64,000 nucleotides of DNA, taken from Desulfobulbaceae bacterium. GTDB taxonomy: Bacteria > Desulfobacterota > Desulfobulbia > Desulfobulbales > Desulfocapsaceae. The notes below the pieces were generated by a model. That model had not been told where the DNA came from. It was given only the letters and a program-made list of their open reading frames with translations, and did not search any database. The stretch covers positions 59,148 through 123,147 of the forward strand of contig JANMSX010000026.1 in NCBI GenBank assembly GCA_031389785.1. The letters are read 5' to 3'. How positions within the stretch are numbered: the stretch's first letter is position 1; each line of letters opens with the position of its first letter. Positions 59,774-64,000 of this stretch are shown here, one piece after another. The position numbers were made by a program, and so were the translations under genes.

Positions 59774-60646
59774 GTGGAAGATCTTTTGAAACAATCTGAT
59801 TGCTACAGGCGAATTGCCCGGGCGATCGAGTATATCGACGACAATTTCCGCAGCCAGCCGGATCTCGACGAGATCGCCGGCAGCGTCCACCTGAGCCGCT
59901 TTCATTTCGATCGGTTGTTCAAGGAATGGGTCGGCATCAGCCCCGTGCAGTTCCTCCATTTTCTCACCCTCGACTACGCCAAGGAGCAGCTGCAGGAGGC
60001 CCAAAGCGTCCTTGATGCGGCAATCGACGCCGGCCTTTCAGGACCCGGCCGCCTGCATGACCTCTTCGTCACCTTTGAGGCCGCAAGCCCCGGCGAATTC
60101 AAGAAGCTGGGGGCCGGACTGAGCATCGGCTACGGCTTCCATCCCTCGCCCTTCGGTACCTGCCTGCTGGCCCTGACGGCGCGCGGCATCTGCCACCTGG
60201 CCTTTTTGGGCGACACGGACGAGGCCCGGGACGGCGCCCTGCAGGATCTTTTTGCGGCCTGGCCGCGAGCCGGATGCAGGGAAGACCGCAGGAATACGGC
60301 GCCGGTGCTCGAGCAGATCTTCACCAGCCGGTCCAGCGGCGGCAACCGTCCACTACATCTGCTGCTGAAGGGCACCAATTTCCAGATCAATGTCTGGAAG
60401 GCCCTGCTGGCCATCCCGGCCGGACACCTCGTCTCCTACCGGCATCTCGCCGCCGGCCTCTGCCGCCCCCGGGCCTTCCGGGCGGTGGCTTCCGCCGTAG
60501 CCGCCAATCCGCTGGCCTATCTCATCCCCTGCCACCGGGTCATCCTCGGGACCGGCAGGATCAGGCAGTACCGCTGGGGATCGACGAGGAAAAAGGCGAT
60601 GATCGCCTGGGAGGCCGCTGTCAGGCAGACTACCCGAGAGCGCTGA
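59774..60646 (+). CDS. AraC-HTH / methylated-DNA-protein-cysteine methyltransferase (Ada-like)
   Basis: QPDLDEIA...LSRFHFDRLF, GLSGPGRLHDLFV, GTNFQ, IPCHRV. Confidence 0.93.
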   Translation: MEDLLKQSDCYRRIARAIEYIDDNFRSQPDLDEIAGSVHLSRFHFDRLFKEWVGISPVQFLHFLTLDYAKEQLQEAQSVLDAAIDAGLSGPGRLHDLFVTFEAASPGEFKKLGAGLSIGYGFHPSPFGTCLLALTARGICHLAFLGDTDEARDGALQDLFAAWPRAGCREDRRNTAPVLEQIFTSRSSGGNRPLHLLLKGTNFQINVWKALLAIPAGHLVSYRHLAAGLCRPRAFRAVASAVAANPLAYLIPCHRVILGTGRIRQYRWGSTRKKAMIAWEAAVRQTTRER

Positions 60647-60779
60647 TGCCGTTGCCGAATCAGGAAGAGAAAGCGAACGAAAGGGTGCAACGACGAGGCA
60701 GGGCATACAAGAATGCGGGAGGTTGTTCAGAATATCGTCGAGAAACTTAATACCACCTTATTTTCGATGGATACAAACA

Positions 60780-60825
60780 GGGGACACTCCCCCTATTTAT
60801 TGTTTGAATACGGGAGGGGTGTCCC
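60780..60825. repeat. REP-like inverted repeat
   Basis: ggggacactcccc...ggggtgtccc in an AT-rich intergenic region. Confidence 0.4.
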
Positions 60826-60986
60826 TTATTTATACTGCTATATGTTTGTAATTCACCTGAAGAACTAGTATAGTAGGTCCCTTGCCGTATCGGCATCGCA
60901 GAGATCGCCCGCCGCGTCCGGCCGGAATTGCCGGACGCACCGCCGTATTCACCCCAACGACCAGCACACGACACCACCGGAATTCC

Positions 60987-62000
60987 ATGAAATATCCGCT
61001 CCCCAAAAACTCTACGGTCCTCGTCACCGGCGCCACCGGCTTCACCGGCCGGCATCTGGTCGACAAACTCCTGACCGAAAACGTCAGGATCAAGGTCATC
61101 GCCCGCCCCTCGCGCCGCGCAGACGAGCTGAAGGCCCTCGGCTGCGAGGTCTTTGAAGGCCAGATCTATGATCCCGAGACCATCCAGGCCGCCTGCCGGG
61201 ACCTCGACTATATCTTCCATATCGCCGCAGCCTTCCGCGAGGCCGGGGTCTCCGACGACATCTACGCCAAGGTCCATGTCGACGCCACTAAGCTGCTGGC
61301 CCGGGCCGCCGCGGCCATCCCCGGTTTCAAGCGCTTCGTCCACGTGTCGACAATGGGAGTGCACGGCCATATCGAGAATCCGCCGGCCAACGAGGATTCT
61401 CCCTACGGACCCGGCGATCTCTACCAGGAGACCAAGCTCGAGGCGGAACTGTGGCTCAGGGATTTTGCCAGAAAGAACAAACTGTCGATGTCCGTCATCC
61501 GCCCGACCGGCATCTACGGACCGGGAGACCGCCGCCTGCTGAAGATCTTCAAGATGGCCCAGTGGCCGGTATTCCCGATCCTCGGTTACGGCAAGTGCTT
61601 GTATCACCTGACCCATGTCGAGGACCTGACCAACTCCTTCCTGCTGGCGGCAACCCACCCGAAGGCCGAGCACGAGGTCTTTCTCTGCGGCGATCCCGAG
61701 GCTATTTCGCTCACCGACATGGTCAAGATCAGCGCCGAGGTCACCGGCCATCTCCCCAGAATCCTCAGAGTGCCGGTGACGCCGTTCTTCTGGCTGGGCG
61801 ATCTCTGCGAGATGGTCTGCAAGCCCCTGAAGATCGAGCCGCCGATCTACCGGCGCCGGGTGGCCTTCTATACCAAGGACCGTTCGTTCGACACCTCCAA
61901 GATCCGCCGCTATCTCGGATTTGAAAACGTCTACAGCAACCGGACAGGCATTATCGAGACAGTGAAGTGGTATAGAGAAAACGGCTGGCTGGGGAAATAA
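60987..62000 (+). CDS. NAD-dependent epimerase/dehydratase
   Basis: VLVTGATGFTG, YQETK, RPTGIYGPGD; start ATG 60987. Confidence 0.92.
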   Translation: MKYPLPKNSTVLVTGATGFTGRHLVDKLLTENVRIKVIARPSRRADELKALGCEVFEGQIYDPETIQAACRDLDYIFHIAAAFREAGVSDDIYAKVHVDATKLLARAAAAIPGFKRFVHVSTMGVHGHIENPPANEDSPYGPGDLYQETKLEAELWLRDFARKNKLSMSVIRPTGIYGPGDRRLLKIFKMAQWPVFPILGYGKCLYHLTHVEDLTNSFLLAATHPKAEHEVFLCGDPEAISLTDMVKISAEVTGHLPRILRVPVTPFFWLGDLCEMVCKPLKIEPPIYRRRVAFYTKDRSFDTSKIRRYLGFENVYSNRTGIIETVKWYRENGWLGK

Positions 62001-62026
62001 ACAGACAGTGAAGATCAGGAAAGGCT

Positions 62027-63226
62027 TTAGCGGGTGCAGTGATTGTAGCAGTCCTCGAGCACGCCCCGGAAAATCTGGTGCTGCTCAACCCCGCCGATCC
62101 GCCTGGCCTCGACCGCAAGCCGCTGCCGTTCTTCCTCCGACAGCTCGACCAGCCCCCGATAGAGGGTTCGAGCCAGGGCCCTCGGTTCGGGGTCGGCCAG
62201 CAGGCAATTGCCGGCATTCAGCACCTGGGTATGGGACGGGATATTGGTTGCCACCAGCAGCCGACCGGAAGCAAGATACGTATAGACTTTGAGGGGGACG
62301 TTGTTGCCGGTACTCCGGCTCGATACCAGGAGGTCGGCCTGGTCCATGAAGATCGGCATCGCCTCGGCCGGATGGGCACCGCAGAACACAACCTCCTCCG
62401 CAATACCCAGATCCGCCGCCTTCTGCCGGTAGGCGGCAACCGACCTGGCCTCGCCTTCCCCGCCGCCGACCAGCAGCAGGGCGAAGGGAAAACGTCCAGC
62501 CACTAGCGCCTTCAGCTCCCTGATACTTTCCAGGAGCAGATCGATCCCCTGATAGGGATGGAAATTGCCGGTATAGAGGATCGTCTTGCGTGGCCGGTCA
62601 AAGAACCGGCTGGTTATCTGTGCCCGGAGGTCAGTGCTGTCGAGGTCGTCGAAGACCAGGGGACAGTCCGGCAGGGTGGCGGCATAAACGCCCGGCGCCA
62701 GGCGGGTGCGCAGGATCTCGGTCATCTCCGGGCCGACGGTGATGATCGCCCGGGCCCGGTTCATCGCCTGCGACTCGAGTTTCTTGAAGAGATTCAGCAG
62801 CAGCCGGCTCTTGAGATAGTTGCCGTCCTCGATCTGCTGCGACATCCAGGAGTGCATGTCGAAGATATAGGGGACATTGAACTTGCGGCCCAGCCAGGAG
62901 GCGATGAAACCCGCCTCCTCCACCCCGTGGATGACGGCGTAGCCGTTCCGGCGCAACATACGGTGGGCCATGCAGGCCAGAGGGATATCGAAGATGATTT
63001 TCTGCGGCGACGGGCCGATCTTCACCGAGGTGAGCAGCGGCGGTCGGCGGGAGCGGTGAATGGTGTACTTGTGCTTCTTCGGGTCGATGCCCAGCGGATA
63101 GCAGAGCAGATCGACCTGATAGCCCAGTTCGGCCAGGGCGTTGACCGTGGCCAGGGCCCGGAAGGAGCTGCCGCGGGATAGCAGGAAGGGCTGCGGCAGG
63201 ATGTAGAGGATCCTCGTATCTGACAT
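62027..63226 (-). CDS. Glycosyltransferase family 4
   Basis: YTGNFHPYQGIDLL, ADLLVSSR...PLKVYTYLASG. Confidence 0.88.
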   Translation of the reverse strand: MSDTRILYILPQPFLLSRGSSFRALATVNALAELGYQVDLLCYPLGIDPKKHKYTIHRSRRPPLLTSVKIGPSPQKIIFDIPLACMAHRMLRRNGYAVIHGVEEAGFIASWLGRKFNVPYIFDMHSWMSQQIEDGNYLKSRLLLNLFKKLESQAMNRARAIITVGPEMTEILRTRLAPGVYAATLPDCPLVFDDLDSTDLRAQITSRFFDRPRKTILYTGNFHPYQGIDLLLESIRELKALVAGRFPFALLLVGGGEGEARSVAAYRQKAADLGIAEEVVFCGAHPAEAMPIFMDQADLLVSSRSTGNNVPLKVYTYLASGRLLVATNIPSHTQVLNAGNCLLADPEPRALARTLYRGLVELSEEERQRLAVEARRIGGVEQHQIFRGVLEDCYNHCTR

Positions 63227-63247
63227 GTTCCGGCTCCGTTCAGCTGC

Positions 63248-64000
63248 TCAGCCGCCGAGGGCGTCGAGTTCCGCCACGCAGTCTGCGGCGATCATGGCCT
63301 TTTTCTGCAGCAGGGGGATCTCGCGGGCGAGGATTTCCCTGGTGGCCTGCCGCCGGTTCCAGTTGGTCAGCAGGAACTGGCTGATCCGCTCGCTGCTGAA
63401 CTGCTCGAAATTGGTGCAGGCATCGGCGATGCCGAGCTGGTCGAAGTAGTGCTGGACCTTGGGCTGGTAGGCGAGGCCGGCGATCGGGGTTCCCGAGGAC
63501 GAGGCCAGGATCATGGCATGCAGGCGCATGGCGAAGAGCAGGGAGACCTTCGAAAGGACCCCCTTGATCTGGTAGTGATCGTACTCCTTGTTGTCGATGG
63601 CGGCGATCTGCTGCGGCACCTTGAGGCGCTTGCGCAGCTCGGCGGTCAGTTCGATATCGCCGTGGTAGGTGCTGACCAGCAGTAGCGGCACCTGCACCGT
63701 CTGGCTCAGCTGGTTGATCGCCGCGGCCATCAGGTCGAGAAAACCGTTCACATCCATCTTGCTGGCGCTCTGCTCCGACCAGGTATTGAGGTATTTGTTG
63801 ATGTTGATCGCCAGGATCTCCTGGTCGGGGCTGAGGCCGATTTTCCGGTAGATCGCGGCAATCTCATCGTCGCTTATCCCCGGGGCGTTGAGGGCGGCAT
63901 CGGCGGTGACGAGAAAGCGCTTCTCCGGCATGCCGATCCGCCGCAGTACCTCGGCTGAGCCCTCCTCCCGGACGGTGATGATATCGCAGCTGTCGCAGAC
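63248..64000 (-). CDS. Polysaccharide pyruvyl transferase family protein (5' part outside window)
   Basis: DIITVREE, VTADAA, AMRLHAMILA, LAYQPKV. Confidence 0.85.
   Translation of the reverse strand, partial: VCDSCDIITVREEGSAEVLRRIGMPEKRFLVTADAALNAPGISDDEIAAIYRKIGLSPDQEILAININKYLNTWSEQSASKMDVNGFLDLMAAAINQLSQTVQVPLLLVSTYHGDIELTAELRKRLKVPQQIAAIDNKEYDHYQIKGVLSKVSLLFAMRLHAMILASSSGTPIAGLAYQPKVQHYFDQLGIADACTNFEQFSSERISQFLLTNWNRRQATREILAREIPLLQKKAMIAADCVAELDALGG

Overview
The window is GC-rich DNA from an anaerobic bacterium; gene content suggests a Desulfobacterota sulfate reducer (Desulfobulbales-like, inferred). Bases 1-35.2 kb form a nearly complete Wood-Ljungdahl supercluster, almost all on the minus strand. 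It holds two CooS CO dehydrogenases, acsB/C/D/E, cooC, two RACo/ASKHA activators, folD, fhs and several small uncharacterised genes. It also holds a translationally coupled operon: metF-like, PAS kinase, hdrC, hdrB, hdrA, mvhD, metV, metF, response regulator, hybrid kinase. The mvhD gene has an in-frame TGA at a conserved Cys position followed by a SECIS-like hairpin, so it is probably a selenoprotein that the ORF track truncates. The first gene of that operon is a degenerate MetF paralogue coupled to a sensor kinase, the best candidate here for an undescribed system (one-carbon or flavin sensing). Next come a malic enzyme with an unusual N-terminal extension, a rhomboid protease, and a decayed ~9 kb accessory region ending at tRNA-Phe. 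That region has IS remnants, pseudogenes, small ORFs and one intact GlcD/GlcF-like fusion. The remainder is mostly housekeeping: nadC, valS, dGTPase, radical SAM, DUF169, HD hydrolase, MBL hydrolase, VOC protein, tpx, ada/ogt, and the edge of a polysaccharide locus. All calls come from reading motifs by eye; no searches were run.
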